Shown: positions 18,929 to 29,136, numbered from the stretch's first letter. The stretch is DNA of 32,000 nucleotides from Wolbachia endosymbiont of Litomosoides sigmodontis (GCF_013365435.1 NZ_CP046577.1:90001-122000), one strand, 5' to 3'. The notes: generated by a model not told the origin, from the sequence alone. A program made the numbers and translations.

Positions 18929-19816
18929 GTGTCTGTTTTAGTAAGTAAAGATACAAGATTAATATGTCAGGGTTTTACTGGTGCACAAGGTACATTTCAT
19001 TCAGAGCAAGCTATCAGCTATGGAACAAAGGTGGTTGGTGGTGTAACTCCAGGGAAAGGTGGAAGTTCTCACCTTAATTTGCCGGTCTTTGATACTGTAG
19101 CAGAAGCTAAAGAGAAAACTGATGCAAATGCTACGGTCATATATGTACCTGCTAAATTTGCTGCTGCTGCAATATTTGAAGCAATAGATGCAGAGATAGG
19201 GTTGATAGTTTGTATTACAGAGGGCATTCCTATACTTGACATGGTAAAGGTTAAGCATGCACTTGTTAATTCAAAGAGTCAATTGATTGGTCCTAACTGT
19301 CCTGGAATTATTACACCTGAAGAATGCAAAATAGGAATCATGCCAGGACATATTCACAAGCGTGGGCATATAGGAATTATGTCTCGTTCTGGAACTTTAA
19401 CTTATGAAGCAGTTGCACAAACAACCGCTGTTAACCTTGGCCAGTCAACATGCATTGGAATTGGAGGAGATCCTGTTCATGGTATGACATTCGTTGACTG
19501 CATGGAACTATTTTTAAAAGATGAAGATACTCATGGTATTGTAGTTATTGGTGAGATTGGTGGAAATGAAGAAGAAGATGTATCATATTTTGTGAAGACA
19601 GAAAAAATTAAAAAGCCAATTGTTGCATTTATAGCTGGTCAAACAGCACCTCCAGGAAGACGCATGGGGCATGCTGGAGCGATTATTTCTTCTAGCGGAG
19701 GAAGTGCTGGTGCAAAGCTAGAAGTTATGAGCAGTGCTGGTATTGCAATTGCGGAAACTCCTGCAGTGATTGGCAAAAAGGTTTTAGAAGTAATGCATAA
19801 GGCTTATATTGCCTAA
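18929..19816 (+). CDS. sucD: Succinyl-CoA synthetase alpha subunit
   Basis: 295-aa ORF with GTG start, 3 nt after suc[20 protein letters not shown] and phosphohistidine loop GHAGAII. Confidence 0.95.
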   Translation: MSVLVSKDTRLICQGFTGAQGTFHSEQAISYGTKVVGGVTPGKGGSSHLNLPVFDTVAEAKEKTDANATVIYVPAKFAAAAIFEAIDAEIGLIVCITEGIPILDMVKVKHALVNSKSQLIGPNCPGIITPEECKIGIMPGHIHKRGHIGIMSRSGTLTYEAVAQTTAVNLGQSTCIGIGGDPVHGMTFVDCMELFLKDEDTHGIVVIGEIGGNEEEDVSYFVKTEKIKKPIVAFIAGQTAPPGRRMGHAGAIISSSGGSAGAKLEVMSSAGIAIAETPAVIGKKVLEVMHKAYIA

Positions 19817-19823
19817 ACTGAAA

Positions 19824-20600
19824 CTATAGAAATCCTATATCGCCAGTCATAAATATGTTGTCTAACCATTCGATTAGTAATTTCCCTCCTGGAAAATTCA
19901 CTGAGGTCTGTCGAGTAATCGAGTATCCACGTAGCACGGATGCAACGAATACTGCACAGGCTCCACTACCACATGAGGCAGTTATACCTGTGCCTCGCTC
20001 CCAAACTCTTAAAGCTATTTCTCCAGATTTTTCAACTTGCGCAATGTTGACATTTACTTTCTTGGGAAAGAATATATGATTTTCTAATTTTGGTCCCAAG
20101 CTTTGCAACGGTATTTCGCTTATGTTATCAACAAAAAAAACTATGTGAGGATTACCAATATTTACTGCAACTGGATCTTTTAACATGTGAAGCTTTATGG
20201 GTAAATGAAGTGGATCACACTTAGCAGAAAGAGGAATTTTATACCACTCAAACAGTGGTTTGCCCATGTTGACCTTGATAGATTTGACGCCAACTTTAAA
20301 GCACTCTAAAATGCGCTCGTTTATTAACTCAATAGTAGCATACTTAGTACTTTTTTCTGACATTATTAAATATCCAACGCAACGTGCTGCGTTCCCGCAC
20401 ATTTCAACTTTGCTACCATCAGCATTATAAATGTGCATAAAACAATCAGCTGCACTGGAGTTGGTTATTACTATAACTTGATCACAGCCATTTTGATTGG
20501 CAATTTTTCTATAATTCCAGTTTAAATTATTTGTTAAACGTGAGTCTATGATAACAAGGTTGTTACCAGTGCCATGCATTCTTTCTAGGACTTTGGCCAT
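19824..20600 (-). CDS. dapF: Diaminopimelate epimerase
   Basis: 258-aa ORF. MHGTGNNLVIID start and both catalytic Cys contexts (EMCGNAARC and SCGSGACA). Confidence 0.9.
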   Translation of the reverse strand: MAKVLERMHGTGNNLVIIDSRLTNNLNWNYRKIANQNGCDQVIVITNSSAADCFMHIYNADGSKVEMCGNAARCVGYLIMSEKSTKYATIELINERILECFKVGVKSIKVNMGKPLFEWYKIPLSAKCDPLHLPIKLHMLKDPVAVNIGNPHIVFFVDNISEIPLQSLGPKLENHIFFPKKVNVNIAQVEKSGEIALRVWERGTGITASCGSGACAVFVASVLRGYSITRQTSVNFPGGKLLIEWLDNIFMTGDIGFL

Positions 20601-21151
20601 TCATTATAAAAAAATATTTCCTCTATTGGCTTTCTTGTCTTTTCTTTGACTTCAGCCCCTTTTTTTTCGTAACCAATTGCTATCACTGACATTACGTTAA
20701 AATCATCGGGTATATTGAACTTTTTCACTATTTTATCTCTATCAAATCCACCCATTTGATGAGCCATTAAGTTCATAGATGTAGCCTGTAACATAAGTGC
20801 ATAATTTGCTGCACCAGTGTCATGGCTACCCCAAAAATTTGCTCCTTTTGTGTGATCACGGAAATTTTTAGCGCTCAATGATATGATTAATATTTGTGTA
20901 TCTTTTGTCCACTTTTGATTATATTCAGTAAGGCAACTCAGTAATTTTTTCCATGCATTTTGATTACTTTGTCTGTTACATATCACATATCTCCATGGCT
21001 CATCACCATAACATGAAGGAGATAGTCTTGTAGCTTCTATTAGCATATTTATTTCTTTCTGATGTACTAATTTACTTTGGTCATATGAACGTCCGCTATG
21101 CCTTATTTTTATCAATTCTAATAGATCTTCTTTACTTATCATTTTTAACAC
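20585..21151 (-). CDS. Nitroreductase-family protein
   Basis: 188-aa ORF. IRHSGRSY...LIEATRLSPSCYGDEPWRY is a typical nitroreductase-fold N-terminus. Overlaps the dapF start by 16 nt. Confidence 0.75.
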   Translation of the reverse strand: MLKMISKEDLLELIKIRHSGRSYDQSKLVHQKEINMLIEATRLSPSCYGDEPWRYVICNRQSNQNAWKKLLSCLTEYNQKWTKDTQILIISLSAKNFRDHTKGANFWGSHDTGAANYALMLQATSMNLMAHQMGGFDRDKIVKKFNIPDDFNVMSVIAIGYEKKGAEVKEKTRKPIEEIFFYNEWPKS

Positions 21152-21304
21152 TCAATAAAAAACTAGCTCTACATGGTAGAGTATTGAAAGAAGTTTAACC
21201 TTTTTATTTCACACAAGGAACATAATTATGAGCAACAAAAGCAAAATTTAAATTGCAAGATTCCTAAATGTAATTAGCTTTAATATATTTTGACTTAGGG
21301 GAAT

Positions 21305-21845
21305 ATGTTTACAACGCAATCTACCAGTAAATCGGTGTTAATTGAAGTCTTTTTTTGTGTTTTATTCCTATTTCTAATGGCTCAAATAAGCATGCCGTTA
21401 CAGGCTGTGCTATATTATATACACTACAAAGTTTAGGAGTAATGCTTGTTGGACTTGAATTTAATCACAGGACAGCATTATATTCTGTATTTACGTATTT
21501 ATCACTTGGTTCAGCAAGATTACCTGTTTTTGCAGATTTTCTTGGTGGCTATTACACTTTCCTTAAGCCAGCAAGTGGATATTTAATTGGATTTTTAGCA
21601 GCTGTTATAGTTATGGGCAAAGTAAACCAAACCAATTGCTAAAAACTCTAAATGTAAATCACTTATACGCGATTCTTGAACTGTCTAGCTGGTACAGCCA
21701 CAAATCTTTGCTTGTGGTATTAATTTGGCTTGCTATTCACGTGAGTTTAAAACAAGTAGTAATGGTTGGCGTGCTACCGTTTATTCTTTCTGGTTTGGTA
21801 AAGATTTTCCTACTTATAGTAGCTTTACAATATTTAAGAAAATGA
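21305..21845 (+). pseudogene. bioY: Biotin transporter BioY gene disrupted by at least two frameshifts
   Basis: Three frames are needed: MFTTQ...LFLMAQISMPLQAV (21305-21430, stops), then LYTLQSLGVMLVGLEF...LPVFADFLGG...LKPASGYLIGFLAAVIVMG (ORF 21355-21642), then IWLAIHVSLKQVVMVGVLPFILSGLVKIFLLIVA (ORF 21636-21845). Together these match the BioY pattern AQIsiPl..vPiTLQtLgVlLaG...lPvFaG...G.l.GPtgGYLiGF...GvlPFlpGDllK. Confidence 0.7.
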
Positions 21846-22582
21846 TAAGGTTTCGTCTTCACCATTTCATGTGCGCTCTTGCGTTTTAAGGATATAGTAT
21901 TCTCTAAATTTTGCAAAAAATGATATAGAAAGGTGGCAAATAAGGTAATCGCTGACCCCAATCCTCAAGTCGAAATAATCGGTAATCTTGATAGTATTTA
22001 TAGTACTTGTTCAAACCAGACTCAGTAAGGTAAATGCACTATACAAGCTAAAGTTTTAGAGCAGCTGGACAGGAGGTATATGGAGATTTTAAGAATAAAA
22101 ATTGGAGAGATTTTTACCTGGAGTGAAGTAGTGAAAAGAATCATGGAGAAAATGTCTTTAGAAAAATTTGACTACACATGTGAGTGGTATAACTGAAAGT
22201 CATATAAAAAATATGCAAAGGAGCTCTTTTGCCTTCTATATAATGCGTTGATAAAAATGTATAGAAAAATAATCAGGAAAAAGGTGCTTTACCTAAATTA
22301 GCTAGAAATGGCGTTTTTCAGTCCCTCCTTCTCCTATTATATCAACATCGTCTTCTCGTCATTCTAATGCTTTCTTTTCTTGTCTATTCTAGTGCCTTAA
22401 CACTAAGATCCAGTCTTTTGTAATCATTGAAAACGTTATATTTTGTCACAAAACAGCTGCTTTCATAAGACTACATATAAAATAACCAAGAAGCATCACA
22501 TGCTAAACTAAAAGGGAGAAAAGGATCATTTATCCTTTATTAGAATAATTCACTCTCTTCCTCGGTAAAATATGGGTAATTG

Positions 22583-23352
22583 ATACCAATTTCTACTATA
22601 TAGGGAATGGATAGATGAAAAGAAGCCATACTGAAGCAAGTAAAGTAATGAGGTTTTAATGGCATTGAAATCAAAATTATTGAATGAAAAAGTCATGGAA
22701 CCAACAAAATAAATGTTGAAGGAAGTGCAAAATAACGTGCATTTTACAAAAAAACTAAATGTTGTAATTGCAGCAAAAAAGCACAGTATAGTAGCCGTAG
22801 CAAAAATAGTTTTATTTTAAGAACGGCATTGGCTATATAGATAAAGTATCTAAACTTTGGAAGAGAAACTATTTGCTCTTTTTTTATGTTATAGAAGAAC
22901 TAAGTTTGAATTGTAGTCAATTTAAGAATAAGAACCTGGAAAAATTTATCTTGGATGTCAGCAAGACTACAGTACTGTAATATGTAAAAAATAAAGTTTT
23001 TGTATATTATACCGGGACCAATTTACAATGAACAAGATAAAAGTGGATAGGAAGAGTTTAAAAAAACTTAATGAGGTTGTTGGTAAATATCCTAAGTAAG
23101 AATTATCCATCTTTGATGGATCGCAGTTTAGCGTACATTCAAAGGTTGGATACGGGTAGTTTAGAAAGAGTGTTAAAACACAGGTTAGAGTAAAATTTGG
23201 CAGACAAAGTTTTTATCTTTATAGGCAGTTAATTCTCGAAGTGGAGGGAATTTTAGCTTATTTGCACCGAGAATATATACATTGATTGTATGAATATATT
23301 TCTTGAATAAATGTCGCTCTATTTAAGAATGTGAGAAGCCTTTGCTCTTTAG
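22583..23352 (+). mobile_element. Degenerate IS630/Tc1-mariner-family element, copy E (3' truncated near the xth stop)
   Basis: Left end ataccaatttctactatatagg. Collinear with other copies through ...aagaatgtgagaagcctttgct. Right boundary is good to about +/-10 bp. Confidence 0.75.
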
Positions 23353-23361
23353 GAGAAAGTA

Positions 23362-24147
23362 TCATCCTATAACGCACACAACAGGTGTATGATCGGATGG
23401 ATTTTTTAACTTGCGTAGTCTGTCGACTATATAGCATATTTCCAACCTATCTGCTGCTTGTGGTGATAACAGCATATGATCTATTCTCATTCCTTGATTA
23501 TTTCTTGATGAATTGCCTTGATAGTGCCACCAGCTAAACTGTTGTAAATTTGGATGGCATATTCTAAATGCATCTTTAAATCCAAGATTCAAGATTGCTC
23601 TTAATTTCTCACGTTCTCTTATATGAAAACACACTTGATCAGTCAATAAAGTTGGATCAAAGACGTCAATTTCATCTGGTGCAACATTATAATCGCCGGC
23701 TATAACAGTTAGTTCCTCATTCTTTAGCAAATTGTCCATTCTTTCATATAGTTTATCAAAAAACTTGAGTTTATATTCAAATACATGAGAGTCTGGGCTT
23801 TGACCATTTGGAACGTATACGCTACCTACTCTTATCTTTTGATTATTGTGTTTTATTAAGCACTCTATATAACGAGCTTCTTGATGACCTTCTACAATGT
23901 CAATTTTAAATTTCTCTAGTATTGAATGCTTGGATAAAACACAAACGCCATTTCTTGCGGCCTGCCCGTAGACAATACATTCATATCCCAGCTTTTCTAT
24001 TTCTATGTAAGGAAATTGTTTTTCTGTGCATTTTATCTCTTGCAGTAAAATTATATCTATTTGATCATCGACTATAAAATTACAGAGCTGATTAACCCTC
24101 TTGCGTATAGAGTTTACATTCCAAGTTGCAATTTTTAGCATCAGCAA
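23362..24147 (-). CDS. xth: Exodeoxyribonuclease III
   Basis: 261-aa ORF. KIATWNVNSIR start, LQEIK, and C-terminal SDHTPV, typical of the ExoIII/APE family. Confidence 0.9.
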   Translation of the reverse strand: MLMLKIATWNVNSIRKRVNQLCNFIVDDQIDIILLQEIKCTEKQFPYIEIEKLGYECIVYGQAARNGVCVLSKHSILEKFKIDIVEGHQEARYIECLIKHNNQKIRVGSVYVPNGQSPDSHVFEYKLKFFDKLYERMDNLLKNEELTVIAGDYNVAPDEIDVFDPTLLTDQVCFHIREREKLRAILNLGFKDAFRICHPNLQQFSWWHYQGNSSRNNQGMRIDHMLLSPQAADRLEICYIVDRLRKLKNPSDHTPVVCVIG

Positions 24148-24848
24148 TCCTTATTAATTAGGTCAATTAAACTTTCTTGAGTAGGTAGTCTTGCTGTTAT
24201 AATTTTTTTCCATTTGATTGGCTTCAAGCTGTCAACAATATTCTTGCTCATAGCACATGCAGTTACATTGTCCATTGCGTTAGATAAACCACTCTTTAGA
24301 ACTAGAGAACAGAATATTCTTGCTGTCTGTGAAGAGAAAAAAGCAACACTATTAATTTTACCACCTAATAATAAATTTTTACACCTATTAGTGAGGCCCC
24401 TTTTAATAAGGGTCTTATAAAATATAACTTCTCTTACGTTAAAACCTTCTTCGGATAATCTCTTTTTTAAGTCGCATGATACTTCTTGCCCTCTTATATA
24501 CAAGAACTTTACTGCTCTTGAGTAGTAATTTTTTATGAATGATATCAGCCCTTCAACATTGCTGTCTGCTGATATAATATCAGAAAACCCTGAATCCTTT
24601 GCAGTTTGCATAGTCGAATTACCAACTGTAATGATTGGAAGATCACCTACTCTGCATATTTGGCTAAATGCTTTCACGCTGTTCTTGCTTGTGGATATTA
24701 CCACATCAAATTCATATGCAGATATGTCAGGCTGCAAATGCTTTATTGTAAATACTGGTTCTATATATACTTTATACCCATATTTCTTTAGTGTACTTCT
24801 TGTATTTAGTGAATCTGATAAAGGCCTTGTTAATAAGATAGACTTCAT
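24141..24848 (-). CDS. hemD: Uroporphyrinogen-III synthase (HemD family)
   Basis: 235-aa ORF. ILLTRP...L...G...EP, FDVVISTSKNSV and SVAFFSSQTA follow the two-lobed HemD pattern. 7-nt overlap with xth. Confidence 0.7.
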   Translation of the reverse strand: MKSILLTRPLSDSLNTRSTLKKYGYKVYIEPVFTIKHLQPDISAYEFDVVISTSKNSVKAFSQICRVGDLPIITVGNSTMQTAKDSGFSDIISADSNVEGLISFIKNYYSRAVKFLYIRGQEVSCDLKKRLSEEGFNVREVIFYKTLIKRGLTNRCKNLLLGGKINSVAFFSSQTARIFCSLVLKSGLSNAMDNVTACAMSKNIVDSLKPIKWKKIITARLPTQESLIDLINKDC

Positions 24849-25304
24849 TCTAATCTACTTTACTATAGGTAAAAATAATACCTTTGATGGATAAATTACT
24901 GAATAAAAATTTTTAAATAGATTATATTTTCTGTTACTAATACTTAATTTCATTAAAATTTTGTAATTGACTCTTACAGAAATTTTGTTAGAAGATAAAT
25001 GTTCATTTTTCTTTATGAAAATTTAAAGTAAGCTAGACTTTATCAATTGCTACTCTAGATGTGTCACTGCTACTCATTGTTTTTATTTCTTCACTTTTAT
25101 TTGTGAATTTAATTCTTGTTAGTGTAAAGATTTTTTTTATGCTAGATGAGCTTAGATATTAAAGAAATTTTAGGCTTTACGGCACCTTTCATTATCTTTT
25201 TTTAATACTCAATGGTATGAATAACCTAAAAATGCAGCTAATTAAGCTCGTTATATTACCATTGATGATAATTCTCTTGTTAAACTTGTTTATCAAACCT
25301 TATT

Positions 25305-26386
25305 ATACTAATTTTTATTGCTAATGAATCAAATAAGTGAGATTGCAGAATTGTTTAATTGCGAAATGGGAAAAGAGAGGCAATAAATTTGCACGAAGCA
25401 CTCTCGAGCAAAGCAATTGTATTATAGGTTTTATTATGCAAAATATTCTGTTTTATATATAACTAAAGTCTCTTAATAGGATTGACTCAGGTGAGTATAG
25501 TGTTAAATACATAATCTCGATGTTTTTATATACCTTTAAATTTTTTTAACTTATTTCAACTCTTATTTATCTATGATAAAAAGGCTTCTTGTGTTCTAAA
25601 ATATTAGAACCTTTATTCAAGGAATATATTCATATAATTATTGTTGACATTTTAGTGCAAATAAGCTAAAATTCCTTCCGTTTTTATGATTAATTACACT
25701 GTAGAGATAAAAAATTTTGTCTACTAATTTTACTTTAACCTATGTTCTAACGTTATTTTTAAATAGCTACACCCAACTTTTGAATATGTACCAAACTGTG
25801 ATTTATCAAAGATGAATAATTCTTGTTCAGGATACTTATAATGGTTTCATTAAGTTTTTTTTAACTCTTTCTGCTTACCTTTATCTTACTCATTGTGAAT
25901 TGATTTTGGTATAATGTGCGAAAACTTTATTTTTTGCATATTACTATAAACTTGTTACATTCAAGCCAAATTTTTCCTGAGTTCTTATTCTCATTTCTTT
26001 AATGTAATATTAGAGTTTTTATATCAGTACTTCAATTTGTCAAATTGATTCTGATTCAATCTAGTTTTTTTTACGAAGTTGAGGGAGTAAACAATTTTTC
26101 TTCTCTTCCAAATTTTAGGTGATTGCAGTTAATGCTGTTCTTGAAATGCAGCATATTTTTGCTATGGCTGTTATACTGTGTTTTTTGCTGCAGTTACAGC
26201 ATCTAGTTTTTTTGCAACATATACATTATTTTGCGTTTCCTTCAGCATTTCTTTTGCTGATTCCACGACTTTTTTTATCCAATGATCTTGATTTTAACGT
26301 TATTTAAGCCTCGTTATTTTATCTACTTCAGTAAAGCTTCCTTTCTATTATTGTCTATCTGTTTCTTGTACAGGGGTAATTGGTAT
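25305..26386 (-). mobile_element. Degenerate IS630/Tc1-mariner-family element, copy F (full length 1082 bp, the only long copy on the minus strand)
   Basis: On the plus strand it runs from RC right end atactaatttttattgctaatgaatc to RC left end ...tacaggggtaattggtat (26386). Collinear in reverse complement with copies A-C. Confidence 0.8.
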
Positions 26387-26919
26387 AAGTATCCTGGACA
26401 AGAATTATTCATCTTTGATGAATCGTGGTTTGATACATATTCAAAAGTTAGGTACGGATGTTTAAAAATGGCGTTAGAACATAGGCTAAAGTAAAATTAG
26501 TAGACAAAATTTTTTATCTCTACAGCGTAATTAATCATAAAAATGGAAGGAATTTTAGCTTATTTGCACTAAAATGTTAACAATAATTGTATGAATATAT
26601 TCCTTGAATAAAGGTTACAATATTTAAGAACACAAGAAGCCTTCTTATCATAGATTATAAGAATTGAAATAAGTTGAAAATTTGAAGGTATCTAAAAATA
26701 TCGAGATTATGTACTTAACGCTATACTCACCTGAGTCAACCCTATTATAGAGACTTTGGTTGTATATAAAATAGAATATTTTGCATAATAAAATCTATAA
26801 TACAATTGCTTTGCTTGAGAGTACTTCATGCAAATTTATTGCCTCTCTCTTTCCCATTTCACAATTAAACAACTCTGCAATCTCACTTATTTGATTCACT
26901 AGCAATGAAAATTAGTATA
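26387..26919 (+). mobile_element. 3' portion (about IS nt 566-1079) in plus orientation, forming the second arm of foldback composite F
   Basis: Begins aagtatcctggacaagaattattc. Includes IFDESWF (26411-26431). Ends ...gcaatgaaaattagtata. About 90% identical by eye to the reverse complement of 25305-25840. Confidence 0.8.
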
Positions 26920-27184
26920 AGGTCCTGCTTTTGAAAATGGTCATTTAATGACTATACATTGAAGGTAAATGAGAGTGCTATTTAATACAGTGCCAGTAAT
27001 ATTAAAGACTGATGCTACTATATATCCAATGAGAAAAGTAGTGGATAGTGTAGTAATTAAGCTTTTTGAATAAATTATTGTTTTCTTTCTATAAGTAAGC
27101 TTCTCTTTCTTACCACTCGTAAATTAAGCATGATTGATATATTGTGATATGAACTCATTCGAAAAACAATATGAAGACTAAGAG

Positions 27185-27269
27185 TGCCCGAGAGAAGACT
27201 TGAACTTCCACAACTTAAAAAGTTACTAGCACCTGAAGCTAGTGCGTCTACCAATTTCGCCACTCGGGC
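27185..27269 (-). tRNA. tRNA-Leu (anticodon CAG), long variable arm
   Basis: Reverse complement GCCCGAG-TG-GCG-AAATTGGTAGA-CGC-A-CTAGC-TTCAGGT-GCTAG-TAACTTTTTAAGTTGT-GGAAG-TTCAAGT-CTTCT-CTCGGGC-A folds as a class II tRNA. Confidence 0.9.
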
Positions 27270-27284
27270 TTTTTGTAATTTACT

Positions 27285-28757
27285 ATGTTTAGATTAAATA
27301 ATATACTTAAACAATTTTTAGTTTTAAAGGTAATGCTAGATAATATAAACCTAGATCAAATATTTTTTGCTCAGAATAATGTTAATATTAATAACGTGTA
27401 TAAGATAGTCAACGACGCTTTGAATAATAGTGATGGTGGTGAGCTATTTTTAGAATTTTGCCAATCAGAGTCTTTGATTTTTGATAATAACATATTAAAA
27501 CACATGGATTTAAATACCAGAAAAGGGTTTGGCCTAAGGTCCTTTTGTAAAGATAGTACATCTTTTGTTTGTTCTTCTGAAATTAGTGAAAAAGAAATAA
27601 GTAATGCTGCTGCTATAGTTAAAAGTTCAGTGTCTTTAAATAAAACAAATTTGGTAAATTTAAATAAAGGAGCAAAAAAACTATACTCGAGAATTAATCC
27701 AATAAATGAAATAGATCTAAGTTTAAAGATTAAGCTGCTCAATGAGGTTAATGAGTATGTAAGATCCAAAAATAACTGCGTGAAGCAGGTAAAAATAGCT
27801 TTAAGTGGAGAATGGCAAGTTATACAAATAATAAAGGGTGATTGCGGATTAAGTGACATTAGGCCTCTCGTGCTTTTTAATGTGCTGGTTGTTGTAGAAA
27901 AAAATGGCCGAATTGAAAGTGGTTTTGCAGGGCATGGAGGACGAGATTCTTATAGCAAGTTTATTTCCGAGAAAGGGTGGAAAAAAGTTGCAAATCAAGC
28001 GTTGAAACAAGCGCTAATAAATCTTGAGGCAATTCCAACTCCAGCTGGAGAGATGACTGTTGTTCTCGGTCCAGGCTGGCCAGGGATATTATTGCATGAA
28101 GCTGTAGGTCATGGCCTTGAAGGTGATTTTAATCGCAAAGGGGTTTCAGCGTTTTCCCATTCTATAGGTAAACAAGTAGCGGCTAATGATATTACTGTAG
28201 TTGATGATGGAACTCTACCTAATTTACGTGGTTCTATTAATATAGATGATGAAGGTACTCAGCCTGGTTGTAATATATTGATAGAAGATGGGATCCTAAA
28301 AGAATATATGCAGGATCATATGAACGCTAAACTTATGGGTGTAAATCCAACTGGTAATGGTAGAAGGGAGAATTATAAAGAAGTTGCCATGCCACGCATG
28401 ACAAACACCTATATGTTACCAGGAAAGTACACACCAGAAGAAATAATATCTAGCGTGAAGAAAGGCCTATATGCAGTAAATTTTAGTGGTGGTCAGGTTG
28501 ATATAACGTCAGGGAAGTTTGTTTTCTCATCTTCAGAAGCTTATTTAATAATAAATGGTAAAATTGCACAGCCGGTCAAAGGAGCAACACTCATTGGTGA
28601 TGGTCCTACAGTGCTAAAGAAAGTTTCCATGATTGGCAACGACTTAAAGTTGGATCCAGGTATTGGCATATGCTCAAAAGATGGGCAAAATGTGCCTGTT
28701 GGTGTTGGTCAACCAACACTCAAAGTTGATTCGATTACAGTAGGTGGGTGGAACTAG
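27285..28757 (+). CDS. tldD: TldD-family metalloprotease (true start possibly ATG 27333)
   Basis: 490-aa ORF. HEAVGHGLEGDF zinc motif, RRENYKEVAMPRMTNTY and GGQVD motifs. ORF start 27285 is only 16 nt from the tRNA-Leu 5' end. Confidence 0.9.
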   Translation: MFRLNNILKQFLVLKVMLDNINLDQIFFAQNNVNINNVYKIVNDALNNSDGGELFLEFCQSESLIFDNNILKHMDLNTRKGFGLRSFCKDSTSFVCSSEISEKEISNAAAIVKSSVSLNKTNLVNLNKGAKKLYSRINPINEIDLSLKIKLLNEVNEYVRSKNNCVKQVKIALSGEWQVIQIIKGDCGLSDIRPLVLFNVLVVVEKNGRIESGFAGHGGRDSYSKFISEKGWKKVANQALKQALINLEAIPTPAGEMTVVLGPGWPGILLHEAVGHGLEGDFNRKGVSAFSHSIGKQVAANDITVVDDGTLPNLRGSINIDDEGTQPGCNILIEDGILKEYMQDHMNAKLMGVNPTGNGRRENYKEVAMPRMTNTYMLPGKYTPEEIISSVKKGLYAVNFSGGQVDITSGKFVFSSSEAYLIINGKIAQPVKGATLIGDGPTVLKKVSMIGNDLKLDPGIGICSKDGQNVPVGVGQPTLKVDSITVGGWN

Positions 28758-28794
28758 TATTAGTTCTGCTAAGCGGTGTGAGAGATAACAAATA

Positions 28795-28826
28795 GGAGAT
28801 TGTGGAAAAGATTTATCTCCTTTTTT
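28795..28826 (+). terminator. Rho-independent terminator candidate downstream of tldD
   Basis: ggagat (28795-28800) pairs with atctcc (28815-28820), extendable by A-T. 14-nt loop, followed by TTTTTT (28821-28826). Confidence 0.5.
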
Positions 28827-29136
28827 CTATGTTAAGTAGGATGCAACTCTTCATTCGAATGAAGCATTTCTTCGTTCGGATTGTATAAAATATGAGTTTT
28901 TGTGATAAACAACATAATGCAGTATTTATCATTCAGTATGATTGTTCATCAGTAGAATATTTTCTGGTTATTCGGAAATTTTCACGTCATCCTTTTAGAC
29001 TTCAAAATGTTTTTTGTAATTAGGGGGGTTTTAATTGCTTTGGGCAACAGGAATATCTTTTTCAAGAAATACAGTAATACCTTATGCACTTTCGCAATTT
29101 TTTGATACGTCTCATAAATCTTAAAATATCTATCTT

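Noticed and set aside
21355-21845. Two overlapping ORFs (95 aa and 69 aa) as separate small membrane proteins.
   Set aside because: Together with 21305-21430 they reconstitute one BioY sequence across frames, so they are called a single pseudogene.
25218-25328. 36-codon hydrophobic ORF (MNNLKMQLIKLVILPLMIILLLNLFIKPYY...) running into the outer terminus of IS copy F, possibly the signal-peptide relic of an interrupted gene.
   Set aside because: I found no matching downstream continuation after the composite (26920 onward). It is too short and low-complexity to support.
27075-27263. 62-aa minus-strand ORF.
   Set aside because: Its 5' part is the tRNA-Leu(CAG) gene, so the ORF is an artefact.
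28849-28864. Perfect 16-bp palindrome cttcattcgaatgaag downstream of tldD.
   Set aside because: It is isolated and AT-rich, is not followed by a T-run, and is not repeated elsewhere in the window. There is not enough to call a site.
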